NCBI RefSeq assembly: GCF_009914755.1
Contig: NC_060942.1
Direction: 5' to 3' (one strand)
Length of the DNA stretch: 64,000 bases
Source: the human T2T-CHM13v2.0 reference genome, Homo sapiens
In this document: positions 11,577 to 27,049 of the stretch, piece by piece
Layout: the number at the start of each line of letters is the position of its first letter
Numbering within the stretch: position 1 is the stretch's first letter
Notes under the pieces: model-generated
Told to the model about the DNA's origin: nothing
The model's input: only the letters and a program-made list of their open reading frames with translations
Databases searched by the model: none
Position numbers and translations under genes: made by a program

Positions 11577-14500
11577 TGTCTGTATGATGCAGCAATCCCT
11601 CTGCTAGTTATATACGAAAAACGAAAAACAAAATCAGTTTATCGAAGAGATATCTGCACTCTCATGTTTATTGGCAGCCGTATTCATAAGAGCCAAAATT
11701 TGGAATCAACCTAAGTGTGCATCAACAGACAAATTGATAAACAAAATGTAGTTCATATATACAATGGAAGTACTATTCTGCCATAAATAAATGAGATCCT
11801 GTCATTTGCAAAAACATGGATGGAACTGGAGGTCATCATATCAAGTGAGATAAGCCAGGCACAGAAAGACAAACTTCATATATTCTCACCCATATGTGGG
11901 AGCTAAAAATTAAAGCCATTGAACTCATGGAGGTAGAGAGTAGACTGATGGTTACCAATGACTATGAAGGGTAGTGGGGGAGGGGCAGTGGGGGATGGTT
12001 AATGGATACTAAATATAGTTAGAATAAATAAGATCTGGTATTTGATAGCACAACAGGGCAACTACAGTCAACAATTTTGTTGTACATTTAAAAATAACTA
12101 AGAATATAATTGGACTGTTTGTAACACGAAAGGATAAATGCTTGAGAGGATGAATATTCCATTCTCTCTGTTGTGATTATTACACAATGTATGCCTATAT
12201 CAGAATCTCTCATGTACCTCATGTACCTACTATGTAAACACAAAAATTAAAAATTAAAAAATAGACAATAAAAAAGAAATATTAGAAGGATATAAAAACA
12301 ATAAATGAGTTTACAAAATAAACTCTATTAGCATTCAAATTTTAGAGATGATTTTACTGCTATGTTTCCTATGATCATCTAGAGAATGAACTTTATTTGA
12401 TTAATAAGTAACTTAGTTATTCTGGGGTTTATATTTACCCTTTAACACAGGAGTTGTTGAATGTAGTTGTTTATTTTTAGGCAGTTGGGCCTATAAAATT
12501 TCTCATTTAATTAGTTTTGCAGCGTGATTGCATCATAATCAGAAAACATTCCAACCCTAGACAGTTCAGTTGCATCTCCTAAGAAATACATGACCTTTTC
12601 CTTGTAATAATAATATGATTATCACAGTTTAAAAAATTAACAATAATTTCCTCATGTTATCTAACATTTAAACAATATTCAAATTTATTCTAAATGTTTA
12701 CAAAATAATATGTATAATTTTGATTTTGAAACAAGATTCCATCTAAGTTTTGTAGGAGATCATTTACCTGAATTTCTGCCAAACAGCATAATCTTACAAG
12801 CTTCAAGACTGTAGACACAAATATTTTGATAAATTAATTTTCTTTTTGTGAAAGAAACCACCAGAATAATTTTAGGATTTCTGAAGTTAGAATGATTAAA
12901 TGAGTTCTTACCATTGATCAAATAACTTTAGTCAGACTATATACTTAAGGTGCTATATAATGAATCAATATAAAAAAGCAAAGAAAGTACTAACTGTGTA
13001 TGCATATCATGTCCTAGATGCCCTTGTATCCTTCGTATGTAAAGACACTCCTAGTTTTCTCTAATACTTCAACATTTCTTTCCCCTTTATGGCATTTTTA
13101 AAGCGATTAAATCAGTTGTCAATAGATTGTAAATATTTTAAATTTGTCTTACGGTTCCTGGTATTTTCTTAAATATATTCCTCTGTCTTTTCGTTGGAAA
13201 ACTGAAATGAGGACTAGAGAAGTGATTAGATGAAGGTTAAATGGTGAGAACCTTTCAGAAGTAATGCCATGTATTTTGTGTTTTGTATTATCATCAGGTA
13301 TGTAAGGTCAAGTTTTCCCACTATTCATGATGCTGAGGTTGAGTCCTTGGTTAGGATGGTGGCTGGAAGCTCTCTATTAAATAAATGATTTTTTTCCTCT
13401 GAAATTAGTAGGCAATCTGTGAAACATTGGTACTATACAAATACGCTTTCCACCTTATTTTGGAACCCATTGCTGATTCCTTCCCAAAGAATCACTTCAC
13501 TAGGGTTACAAATGCTGATTTTTTAATTCTATCACTCCTTCTCCATTTATTACCTACCATCATCTTCTGTAAAAAGAACTCCCTGGTGTCTACATGTGTG
13601 TATCACTCTGAGTCCATGGATTGTTATCTATTCAATATTTCAAAATTAGTCATCACCTTTTTTGATCATTAAAATGTCACAAATTTGGCAAGTAGAAGAA
13701 ATAAGGAGAGAGAGAGTGAGAGAGTGAGAAAGAGAGAGAGAACGAGTATGAAAGAAAACTAATTTGTCAGGGTATTAACAATTATTAAATCCAAATGTAG
13801 GTTATATGGCATTTATTTTACTATCCTTCGAATTTTCTATATTTAAAAAAACACAATAAAATTTAGAGAAAAAGGTAAAATAAACTATTCTTCATTTAAA
13901 CTATATTTAAACTATTACACATATTATACTAATATTAAATTGCAAGCAAGAAATTAATAAATGTGATAGACAATGAAATACAAATTTTTCTATAGGTTTT
14001 ATTAATGAGAAACTAGATTTTGAAAAGCATTATGCTAGATGCTTTATATATTTTATCATTTTACTCCAAAAACTTGTAAATTACATTTTGTTTTTATTTG
14101 CCAATAGAAATTAAATGAATTACACAAGACCATATTACTACTAAGTTTTATCTTGACTCCAAAACCTATATTCTTTCCTATATACCACACATTGAAGGAA
14201 GTAGCATTGAGACTAAATTTCAGAAAAGTGGTTACTTTGCAATTTAAAATGAGTCACTATGAGGAATACAAAGGCAATCCAGGACATGCAATGCGTGTCA
14301 CAGACCATACTTAGTATTTTTGTGGATTTTCAAATTGATTCGCTATGTGGCACCTTAGCTGTAGAGTGGAGAGAACAATTCATTCAATCACGCCAAATTT
14401 AAACTCAGAAAACCATAAAGTTACTCAGTTGGTAAGTTTCTTAAAATGGAAAATAATTTATCACAAATAGTTTTGCCTATAGGCTTTAAGCTTGTCATTT

Positions 14501-17439
14501 TATACTGTTTGGCAAAAATCCAGTCATGTGGTTTATTACAATGCTGCCTATGTAACATTGGCAGAAATACAAAATTAAACATTTTGTTCAAATGTCCCTT
14601 CAGTCATTAAAAAGAAAAGTAGTCTTTTAAGTACAACGTTACCCTAGAGTAAATCATGTCTTATTTTCATAAGGATAGAGGGAGTACACTAGCTTTTAGT
14701 ACTTAATGGCTATGGATCATGTTATAGCCAGAAACTGCAAGAGCTAGCATTGGTCCCCTGAGAGACATGTTATCTCCCAGGAGCACACCACAGGACAAAC
14801 ATGATTTATTTCTCCTAAATGCCTTGTAATTTTCTAAAATTGCTTAATATCTGTGGTATCAGGAAATAAAAACAGAATTTATTTTAACTGTAAACACAAC
14901 AGTAGTTCTTTATTTTCGTTGGGTGGAGAGGTGAATCCCTGGAATAATAAATTGAAAAAATTAAGTACATTTAAAATGGCTTCTTTATAATTATCAATTA
15001 TAACTCAGAGATTTTTTTCCTAAAGACTCCAAATAAATATTTGTTGATTAATGTTATTCATTAATATGTACCATAAAATGGCAATTTAAAAATATTAATG
15101 TGTAGTATTCAAGTCAATGCTCCTAATATTAATTATATAAATGTATATCATGTGGTATCATTATTAAAATTCATTATTAGTTAATAGGTTTTAATATATA
15201 GGGTGACCTTCAAAAATGGTAATTCAATATGCTTTGCATTATTTACTACTTAATTTGTAAGAAGAAAGACCGAAGGCAGGTGGATAAATTTTGTATAAAA
15301 GAAGTAACCCCATTTATCCACAGGGATCAGCTTAGTCAGAAAATATGATTGAACATAAATCTCAGTATTTAGAGGACTAGAAAGAGCAAAACAATGGAAA
15401 CAGACATAATCCTTGACCTCTACATTTTGCTTGTAGGCTAAAGCAATATTGATTTTACAAACAACAAAAGAAACACACACAAAAATCCATGTTAAACATG
15501 GCAGCAAAAAATCAAGCAGCTTGGAAACCCGTGTGGTGGAGAACAGCTGTGTGTTTCACAGCAGACAATTCCAGATACAAATTTTCGCCCTGGCCAAATT
15601 GATCCTTTCACTTTACCCCTGTATTCAAATCCACAGGTCAGAATACCATCATATCCTACTGTGGCCAATGGGAAAGTCACTCTCCATAGATGTTTACATT
15701 TGTAAAACTTAAATAATAATAATGCTAAATAAGTTAGATTCATGCATATTAAATACCTGGCAAAATAAAATATTCGAAAAAGACTAGTTCTCTCTCTCTT
15801 TGCATATGTATATAAGGTTGAATCTCTGTAAGCACATATTTATGCACAGATATACTACAATAACAAATGTACTTCTTTATAATTAATAAAGCTAGGTTCC
15901 TAGCTTTATTCGTTATGAAATATATAAATTACTCTTGGTCAGTTTTTATTAATGTGAGTAGACTATAAGGTAAAGCAAATAAGCATAACTCTAAAGAAGA
16001 GAAAGTTTTTTATAAAACTTGGACACTTTGCCAAACATATGCACAAGGATTAACTCATGTAATTCAAGCACAATATAGCTTTAGGTTTACTACAATCCCA
16101 GTGTTGATGGATGAGATTATGAAAATTCAATGATGTTGAATGACTTGACTAAAATTATGTAGCCAGCAATTAAATTGCAGACCTACTGATGACAGTGAAT
16201 TATCGCTGATTTTCATATTTCAATTCACCATACACACTGGCATGAGACATTACAGGTAAGAATGGTGGCATTATCATCTTGCTCCCTGATACCATTGCCT
16301 GCTTGAGAATACACAAACGAATATATTTAGAGATTAGAAGAGGAGAAAGAGTAGATAATTTACTCACAAAAAATATTAAAATGCCAAGTTCAAAATTTTA
16401 GCAGTTAAAATAATTGAAGATAGAGAGTTGGCACAAAAAGTAAAGGTAGAAGGAATAGCTAAAAATTATAATAATTTCTAAAGAAGGCCTCAGTACCACG
16501 GAAGAAGCAGAAACCATGTCAGCGATGTGTTTTGGAAGTAGAAAGAGAAGATGCAGTAATGTGGGTAGAAAATGATATATTTCTGAACTGAAGATTTAAA
16601 TAAAGAGGAAAAGAAAGGATCCATGGCAGGAATTTTATATGAGAACGACTTGGTTCATCCATCCATTCATTCATTCATTCATTCTTTTATTTTTACCCGC
16701 CAGCTTCCCAGGCTCCAACTTGCAGAGCTGGACAAAGCAGTTACACTGTAAAAGCCAGGGAGCTGCAGGCTTAACAAGTACAACCAGGTGATTTCGACGC
16801 AGGTGGGAATAGTTAGAGACACTTTTGTTTCAATGCTGGTAAGTTGGTGAAAAGGTAAAATTGAACATTAGAAAAGTTTCCATAAATTGGGGTGAAAATA
16901 TGCAACATTCTAGATTTTATATATAGCTGAGATTTATATATCTTTTCTGTAGAAGACAGAAATATCTGTCTTTGTGTTTCTACTAAAAAAATTGTCATCT
17001 GTTCTCAGAAGTCAGAGTTTCAGTAAAGAGGCACCCTACAGTTTGAACATCTCATTTATAACCTAGAATTAGGACAGTTCATTCATCAAGGAGAGAAAAC
17101 AAGACTGCATGGCCAGTGGTAGAATAACCTAAGATAACAAATGTGAGGCTCGTGCTTCTAACAATTCAATAAGTATTTTATGAACATTCTGTGTTTAGAG
17201 CTAGGTTCCTTAGGACAACATTTTCAGGACATTGTGCCTTTTAACTTACGCAGTCAATTTCAAACATTAATGCCTCATTCTTCAGGCTCCTCACATATTA
17301 ACAATTTTAATTTATACCTCTAAAATGAAATACTGTTAAAATATATAGAAGTAAAGACTGCATTTTAAAATCACTGCAATAATGAGTCGAATCTCTCTGA
17401 AACAAGTTTCCCTAACAGATAGGATACAGCCTTAGGTAA

Positions 17440-17990
17440 GTTTGAGTACGAACTCCCTCCAGAGTCAGATTGTCAGTACTTACGTGCTAGCTAGATTACT
17501 GATAGCTGTTGATACGGGGTAAATCTTAGCCTCAGTTTTCTTATCTATATAATAGAGGCAATGCATTATCCTAAGTGAATGCAGAAACAGAAAATCAAAT
17601 GCCACATGTTCTCACTTATAATTAGGAGCTAAACAATGGATACACATGAACATAAAGATGGAAATAATAGACACTGCAGGCTCAAAAATGGGTGAGGGTG
17701 GGAGAGGAAGAAAGGGTTGAAAAATTACCTATAAAGTACAATGTTCACTAGTTGGGTAATAGGTGGAGACCAGTAGGTAATGTACCCTTGTTAAAAACAT
17801 GCACATGTACACCCTGAATCTAAAACAAAATACAATTTTAAAAAACTTAAAATCAGTAGAGAAATAAAATACAGGCAATAATAATATCACCCATTATAAC
17901 TTTGTTCTTAACATTAAATAAGCTAGTAAATGACAACAGTTTAGACCAGGGTCTGATACAAAGAAAGTACTCAGTATATTTTGACTGCTT
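17440..17990 (+). mobile_element. MIR fragment interrupted by an L1PB 3' end
   Basis: agagtcagattg...agcctcagttttcttatctatataa MIR core; continues after ~17880. Confidence 0.6.
17563..17867 (+). mobile_element. L1PB-like 3' end
   Basis: atgttctcacttataattaggagctaaacaatggatacacatgaacataaagatggaaataatagacac; TSD-like aatagaggcaat and aatacaggcaat. Confidence 0.85.
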
Positions 17991-18558
17991 TTAAAAATTA
18001 TTATTATTATTATTCTTACGTGTCCTTTGAATTAATTTCCAATGTTTATTTTTTATAGTGGTCAGATTCCTGCAGCTGAAATCAATACATTTTGATGCTC
18101 AATGTAGTGAAAATATCTGTTAACATTCTTCAGTCATTCTAAATCTCCCAATGACAACTGCTGCTCATAAGTCGCTTGGAGTCAAGAGAATTAAGAATGA
18201 AGATTGGATACAATTCTCCAGTAGTTAATAGGTGCTATTTTTTTTTACAAGATTCATTCTTTAGGAAAATCACAGATGGATAAATCACCATTTCCAACCT
18301 TGAGTTCATATACTGATAGAATGAAAATATATCCAGATAATGAAAACTGTCTAAAATGATGCGGTATGTTGAAATATTAGTAGGGAGTACCAAAGAGGGA
18401 GAGGTAGGTTCATGATCACAAAGGTACAACCTTTGACACAATACCCTTTAGGCAGTGAAGAACAGGAAAAAAAAAAATCCAGATTCTGGATTTGCGACTA
18501 GATAAGGTGGAAGGTGATAGTCAGCTAAGATAAAAAACGATAAATTCAACACTGTATA

Positions 18559-18928
18559 TGTGTTAGTTCATTCTCACACTGCTATAAAGAAATACCTGAG
18601 AATCGGTAATTTATAAAGAAAAGAGGCTTAATTGGTTCACAGTTCTGCATGTCTGGGGAGGCCTCAGAAAACTTACAATCATGGCAAAAGGGGAAGAGGC
18701 ATGTCTCACATGGCAGCAGGCAAGAGATAGCAGGCAAGAGCAGGGAAAATTACCTTATAAAACCATCGGAGCTCGTGAGAACTCACTAACTGTCATGAGA
18801 ATGGCATGGAGGAAACTGCCCCAATGATCCAGTCACCTCCCACCTGGTTCCTAATTCAACATGTCGGGATTATGAGGATTACAATTCAAGATGAGATTTG
18901 GGTGGGAACACAGAGCCAAATCATATCA
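18559..18928 (-). mobile_element. MaLR solo LTR (THE1D/MSTA-like)
   Basis: tg...ttctcacactgctataaagaaatacctgag...gatgagatttgggtggg...tcatatca; 5-bp TSD gtata at 18554-18558 and 18929-18933. Confidence 0.93.
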
Positions 18929-19177
18929 GTATAGAATGCAATTTATAAAGCTTTAGACCAAAATAGTTTTTTTTCTCTACTTAAATAGAAACGAAATGCT
19001 AAAGAGATATCTGTGTCCAATATACATCAACTCACTAGTGTACCCACAGGATATTGAAAGAAATAAGTCTCTCTGAAGAGATTATTTTCTATACATAGGG
19101 CTTCTTGGGGAGCAAAAATAAGTTGGGTAAACACTTTTCTGTATTTATAAACATGTTCTTTTAAAATAATAAATTAT

Positions 19178-19660
19178 CAGTTTATTTTATTATTCTCAGC
19201 TCTTTCATTTTATATATTTTATTGATACATAATAGATGTACATATTTTGAGGGTACAAGTGATAATTTGATACATTGATATAAAGAATGTAAAGATCAAA
19301 TCAGTTTAATTGGGATAGCCATCACCTTCAACATTTATCTTAGTTTTTAGGGTAGGAACTTTTGGATTATTCTTTGATAACTATTTTGAAATTAATTGAA
19401 TAACTGAATTCCTTATTCATTTAAAACAACAGTCATGTTGGTGCAAATATAATACAGGACAACAGAACATGCAAAAATCACACTTGTACTAGCAAAAGCT
19501 GCATATTTGGATAGCCTACCAATATTAGTGATTCACATGCACTCAATCTGTTAGTTTTGTATTAGAATTACCATTACTGTTTTTCATGTCAAGATGAATA
19601 TATATAAATATATAATATACATGCTTGTTTTTTAATAAGATGATACAAAACACAAAAATA
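19178..19660 (+). repeat. Source of a 483-bp direct duplication (copy at 25663-26145); contains an antisense L1MA 3' fragment at ~19210-19390
   Basis: Manual base-by-base comparison gives 479/483 identical. Confidence 0.97.
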
Positions 19661-19905
19661 TATATATTTTTCTCTTTTGAGTGGTTACTTTTAACTAGCT
19701 TTGTCAGAATTCTTAGATGTTTCTTTATATGTATGAATGAAACACTAAGTTTATTATGATAGATGGTGGCTGAGTGTCCTCTGCCATTACATAGATTCAA
19801 TTGTATAACAGATCTCTCCATAAATGTGGGGGGGGGTCTGAATATAAGCTACATATACATAAATGAAGATCCATTTCAACATTTACTGGAAAGAGGCAGT
19901 GACTT

Positions 19906-20006
19906 TTTGAGTGACTCTTCAAAAAGACAGGAATTTGGCATATCTATTCAACCTTAAAATGCACATACAGAGTTGCTGGAGCAAATTTGCTTCATTTATT
20001 CTTTTT
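19906..20006 (+). repeat. Source of a 101-bp inverted copy at 26145-26245
   Basis: Exact reverse complement by manual comparison. Confidence 0.96.
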
Positions 20007-20168
20007 TGCCTTATCAAGAGTGAAAACTCATTGCTTGCTCATTCTCAAGCAAAAAATAATAATTATTGTTATTATAGTTAGATACCTTTTTATTAAGATA
20101 TTTTAGTTTTCAGTATGTTTAATAGTGAAATGAAAATACAAATAAGATGAAGAATATAAAAATAGAGG

Positions 20169-20249
20169 TAAACTGGTTAAGTGAAACTATAGGCATTTCA
20201 CACACTGGTAAACTATTTCCAGCAATCATGTTATTCTTGAATATCAAAA
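20169..20249 (+). repeat. Source of an 81-bp inverted copy at 25589-25669
   Basis: Exact reverse complement by manual comparison. Confidence 0.96.
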
Positions 20250-21358
20250 ATAATTGATACAGGAAAGTTACAAAAGAGAATGAAGGTGTGGGATTCAAAG
20301 CACAGATGTAGGGAATTGATTTCCCTTTTGCAGAATGGATAATGAGAACATTCATTGTAATGAAGAGTCAAGGAAAAGATCTAAACAATTAGGATGAAAG
20401 TAACTTAAAAATCACTTGGGAAAGCTTTTTAAAAAAATCTTACATAATACCTTTTATTCTCTAATTGAAAAAGAAAGTATAATATTCTATGAGTATGAGG
20501 TATGTGGATGGAGGTGTTCTGTTATATTTGAGCAAAGTAGAGAGGTTAATCAATAACCACTACAGAAAATAGAAAGCAGAGCTTACTAGGTAAATTTCAG
20601 TAACATAAATTTCCAGCAACATTATTTACATAATTTATGGTTTTACTTCAGGGACAATAGCAATCTGGCATTAAAAGTATAGAAAATAAACAGATTAATC
20701 CGATTAGGCATCACAAAGTGTGTGCGTGTGTGTGCATGTGTGTGTGTGTGCATGTGTGTTCATGCATGTGCAGGTGTACAGGCAGACCAATTAGGTAAGC
20801 ATGTAGAGGATATTGGCAAATAATTAGTTGAAGGGATTAACCATGATATCTTAGCTGAGTAAAAAAATTAGAAAAGGGAAGAGAAGTTTGCTAGCAGAAG
20901 GAAATGACCAAAGTCTAAGGAAAAATGCTCTGATATTTCTAAAGAACCATTGCAGAGACAATAAAGAAATAAGAGAAGTGGAAAATTTGGAGGACATAAA
21001 AAGACAGTGAACATAGTAATGTTTTAATGGTGAAAATGTTTCAGGTGATGTTAAGTTTCATTATTCAAGATACAGCCTGGAGTGAAAAGTAAATAAAAAT
21101 ATTTAGGAATGAGGATGTTACAGAGATAAGTGTCTATCTTTTTGGGTTCCAAAAAAAGTTGTTAATAAATAGAATGAAAGAAAGTATTGTGAATGAGAAT
21201 ACAATGTCCTCAAATAATGACAATAATGCAGTAATTAGAAGATCAGAATAGAAAGTAATACAAAGGGGTAATGGAAGCAAGATTTTTATATAAAAAGGAA
21301 ATATTCCTTGAATGGGAAAATTCCTTAGACAGAAGTAGAAATAGAAATGGGGCTTTGG

Positions 21359-23341
<1,983 letters not shown>

Positions 23342-23439
23342 AGAAATGGGGCTTGGCTAATGTTTAATTTTAAATATAAATGTCCTTAATGGCATTTAAG
23401 AGACATGTATGTCAGAAGAGGTTGGAATATGGGTATTAA

Positions 23440-23745
23440 GAATCAAAACCAAAACTGAGTTTTATTCTGTGCTCATGTTATATGTACAACACAGATTAGT
23501 AGGCTTCCTAATCCATAGATCAATCAGGGACCCAGAGAGACTTTACTATCTTATTGCAGCCATGATCTTGAAGAGACGAATTCCTCCATCACATACATGG
23601 AGAAAGAGAGAAAGGGAAAAATGCCCAAAAATCATAAATGTAAATATCTAAAAATTATATAAAATATTTATCCTTAAAACTCATTGTCCAGAAAAGTCAC
23701 GTGGCCACAAAAACATGCAAGGGAACTGGGAAATTTGGGGCAGTA
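23440..23745. mobile_element. Degenerate MLT1-type LTR fragment
   Basis: cattgtccagaaaagtcacgtggccac...caagggaactgggaaat resembles MLT1J/K/L ends (recalled). Confidence 0.45.
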
Positions 23746-24668
23746 GTAAATACAATTTCTCATATGGGATAGTTGAAATTAACTAAAGGGGAAACATGAA
23801 AATACAGTAAGAACAATTTATTCTCAGCTACAAAACTTGGAGAAAAATATCTACAAATTATATTTAGCTATACTGCCATTATCTGGAAAATAAACACCTG
23901 CATAAATATTTTAATACACATATCAGAAAGTATAGGTTAATTATACCATTTGCTTTCTCATTATTATTACCATCTTTGAACCATGTTGAATGCTAGTTTG
24001 TTTCTGAAAATATGTGTTGGTTTGATCTGCTAAAGAAGAACTGAATGCTAAAGGAAGAAAATATTATAGTATAACTGCTAACTGTTCACATAGAAGGATG
24101 TTATTGACAACCTCACCCCTTTGTTTTACTTCTGGAATAAGTAATGTTATATTAGTTCATTTGGATTGACCCTTGAAAATCGTCTTCATCAGACAAGATT
24201 CACCAAGCAGCTGTACACTTCACAACAGCAGTTATGAGAGACATACCTTTTTATTGGATAAGAAGAAAGATAATAAAATTGTCAAAATGTATTGAGAAAA
24301 AAAGGTTTGTTCAAGATGTTGACCTTTTGATTTCTGAATGAGACTTGCTTACTGAAATAAAAAAGATTTCAGAGAACACAAGAGGTATAATATCCAAGAT
24401 GAGCCGAGAGAATTGATTACAAACTAACAGCAGGAAAGAGAGCAAACCAGGGAGGGAATATGTCAGGAAGTTTCAGCTGGAGTATTTATTTTTATTAGTC
24501 AGGTGGTAGGGTTGCTTAATACTCAAAATAAGCGTTTTGATTTTTGGTTTTTGTTGTATATTGGTGAGAATTCCTCATGTACGAGGAGAAATTAAAGACT
24601 TAATAGTGTTTGGGAAATGCAATATTAAGTTGACTTTTCTTATAGAATGTTCCCATCTTGAAGGGTAA

Positions 24669-25022
<354 letters not shown>

Positions 25023-25588
25023 CTGCAGTGAATGACTTTCAAATGTCTTCCATATTTCTTCCCCAAGGAAGCATTCTCTTTCACCTACCAAATATTCTGC
25101 CCTATTTTTCCTTTTTTAAAAAAATATCCATCACTGTGTCAAATGAGAGCTGTTATTATTTCCCAGCACTACTTGAACAGATGACCTGGGTTTTGATTTT
25201 CTATCTCCACTTAATTAAAGAGCTTTAAGTGGTAATATCACTGTTTGAAGATTTCTGATAATCTTACTAAGGTGTATCTATGTTAAACCAAACCAGTCCT
25301 TTTCATGAATTATTCCTTGAATGCCATTTTAAATCACTTTAGTTGCTGTTAATGGCTTATTGCAAAAAGGGTGACATTTCAATGGTAGGCTTCCTTTGAA
25401 ATTGAAGTGTTTTCCCTAAGGATGACTTCCCTTCTGGTGTGGTTGGAAGTCTCAATAAAAGTGGCTTTATTTCACATCTCCCCAAAAAGTCAGGTTATTT
25501 AGGAGTTGTAAAAAATAAATAAATTTTATCTAGTAGTACCTAAACACAAATACCTCTTAACGAACAGAGCATGAATTATGAATCTTTC

Positions 25589-26245
25589 TTTTGATATTCA
25601 AGAATAACATGATTGCTGGAAATAGTTTACCAGTGTGTGAAATGCCTATAGTTTCACTTAACCAGTTTATTTTATTATTCTCAGCTCTTTCATTTTATAT
25701 ATTTTATTGATACATAATAGATGTACATATTTTGAGGGTACAAGTGATAATTTGATACATTGATATAAAGAATGTAAAGATCAAATCAGTTTAATTGGGA
25801 TAGCCATCACCTTCAACATTTATCTTAGTTTTTAGGGTAGGAACTTTTGGATTATTCTTTGATAACTATTTTGAAATTAATTGAATAACTGAATTCCTTA
25901 TTCTTTTAAAACAATAGTCATGTTGGTGCAAATATAATACAAGACAACAGAACATGCAAAAATCACACTTATACTAGCAAAAGCTGCATATTTGGATAGC
26001 CTACCAATATTAGTGATTCACATGCACTCAATCTGTTAGTTTTGTATTAGAATTACCATTACTGTTTTTCATGTCAAGATGAATATATATAAATATATAA
26101 TATACATGCTTGTTTTTTAATAAGATGATACAAAACACAAAAATAAAAAGAATAAATGAAGCAAATTTGCTCCAGCAACTCTGTATGTGCATTTTAAGGT
26201 TGAATAGATATGCCAAATTCCTGTCTTTTTGAAGAGTCACTCAAA
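25589..26245. repeat. Mosaic templated insertion: rc(20169-20249) + 19178-19660 + rc(19906-20006)
   Basis: Direct sequence comparison; junction microhomologies cagttta (7 bp) and a (1 bp). Confidence 0.95.
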
Positions 26246-26598
26246 TATCTCATGCAGATATTCGAATATTTTATCATTTTCAATTCTGAATAGGAAAAAA
26301 ATCTTTCTTATGGTTTAATTTTCTCTACATGATGATTAGTAGGATTAGGCAGCATTTCAAATTTGCATTTAGTCTTCTATTAATTCCCTGTTCACAGCTT
26401 TTGTTCTTTTTTATGGATTGTTGTATTTAATTTTACAAGTTTTTATAATACCAATGTTTCAAAACAATGTGAATGTTCTGACTACAAGTACCCTATATAT
26501 GCTTTATATAATAGTCTATAGTTATATTTAGAATATACAGATGCATGTGTGTTGACTAAAGAGATAGATATCTAGATTTGTGTGCTGATTGAAGATTC

Positions 26599-26687
26599 TA
26601 TGTGTGTATATATATGTGTGTGTGTGTATATATATAGATGTGTGTATATATGTGTTTGTGTGTGTGTATATATAAATATATATATAC
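26599..26687. repeat. (TA)n/(TG)n compound microsatellite
   Basis: Read directly. Confidence 0.85.
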
Positions 26688-26990
26688 AATCACATTCTAG
26701 TCCTTTAAATTGAATTATGCTGCCTTGGTTATTCTAGTATGTTTTATTTTGATAGACATTTTTACCATTTCTTTATGACTTCTGACTTACCTGACACTGA
26801 GAAAGCCTTGTCCATGTTAAGAAAGCAGAGGTAAATCGAATTTCAGCATAAACCTATGCATTGGTGAAAGAACATTCCTTCAGATCATCTGATTTTTTCC
26901 TTCTTTGCCTTTGCATTATTTTTCCACAATTTATTGTCTACATAGGGCACTCCTTTTTAGATTATCTGTTTCGAGTATGAACAATTTTCT

Positions 26991-27031
26991 TTTTTTATTT
27001 TATTATTATTATACTTTAAGTTTTAGGGTAC
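26991..27031 (-). mobile_element. Ultrashort young L1PA 3' terminus with 14-bp TSD
   Basis: ttattatactttaagttttagggtac is the reverse complement of the L1PA end; TSD atgaacaattttct at 26977-26990 and 27032-27045. Confidence 0.9.
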
Positions 27032-27049
27032 ATGAACAATTTTCTAACT

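Noticed and set aside
14359-14431. Possible plus-strand exon (ccttag acceptor, ttg|gtaagt donor)
   Set aside because: The polypyrimidine tract is weak, the peptide is unrecognisable and there is no partner exon; such sites occur by chance.
15250-15743. Overlapping 83-87 aa ORFs in non-repeat sequence
   Set aside because: No recognisable domain or splice structure; conservation cannot be assessed from the sequence alone.
16704-16803. Possible exon after ttttatttttacccgccag
   Set aside because: Donors are weak, there is no recognisable product, and it sits next to an L2-like (TTCA)n tail and MER5-like sequence.
18475-18493. 9-bp-arm palindrome aaatccaga-t-tctggattt
   Set aside because: Short enough to occur by chance in 64 kb of AT-rich DNA.
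25581-26309. aatctttctt at 25581 and 26300 as a TSD of the mosaic insertion
   Set aside because: The right copy is 54 bp beyond the insertion end and is low-complexity, so it is probably chance.
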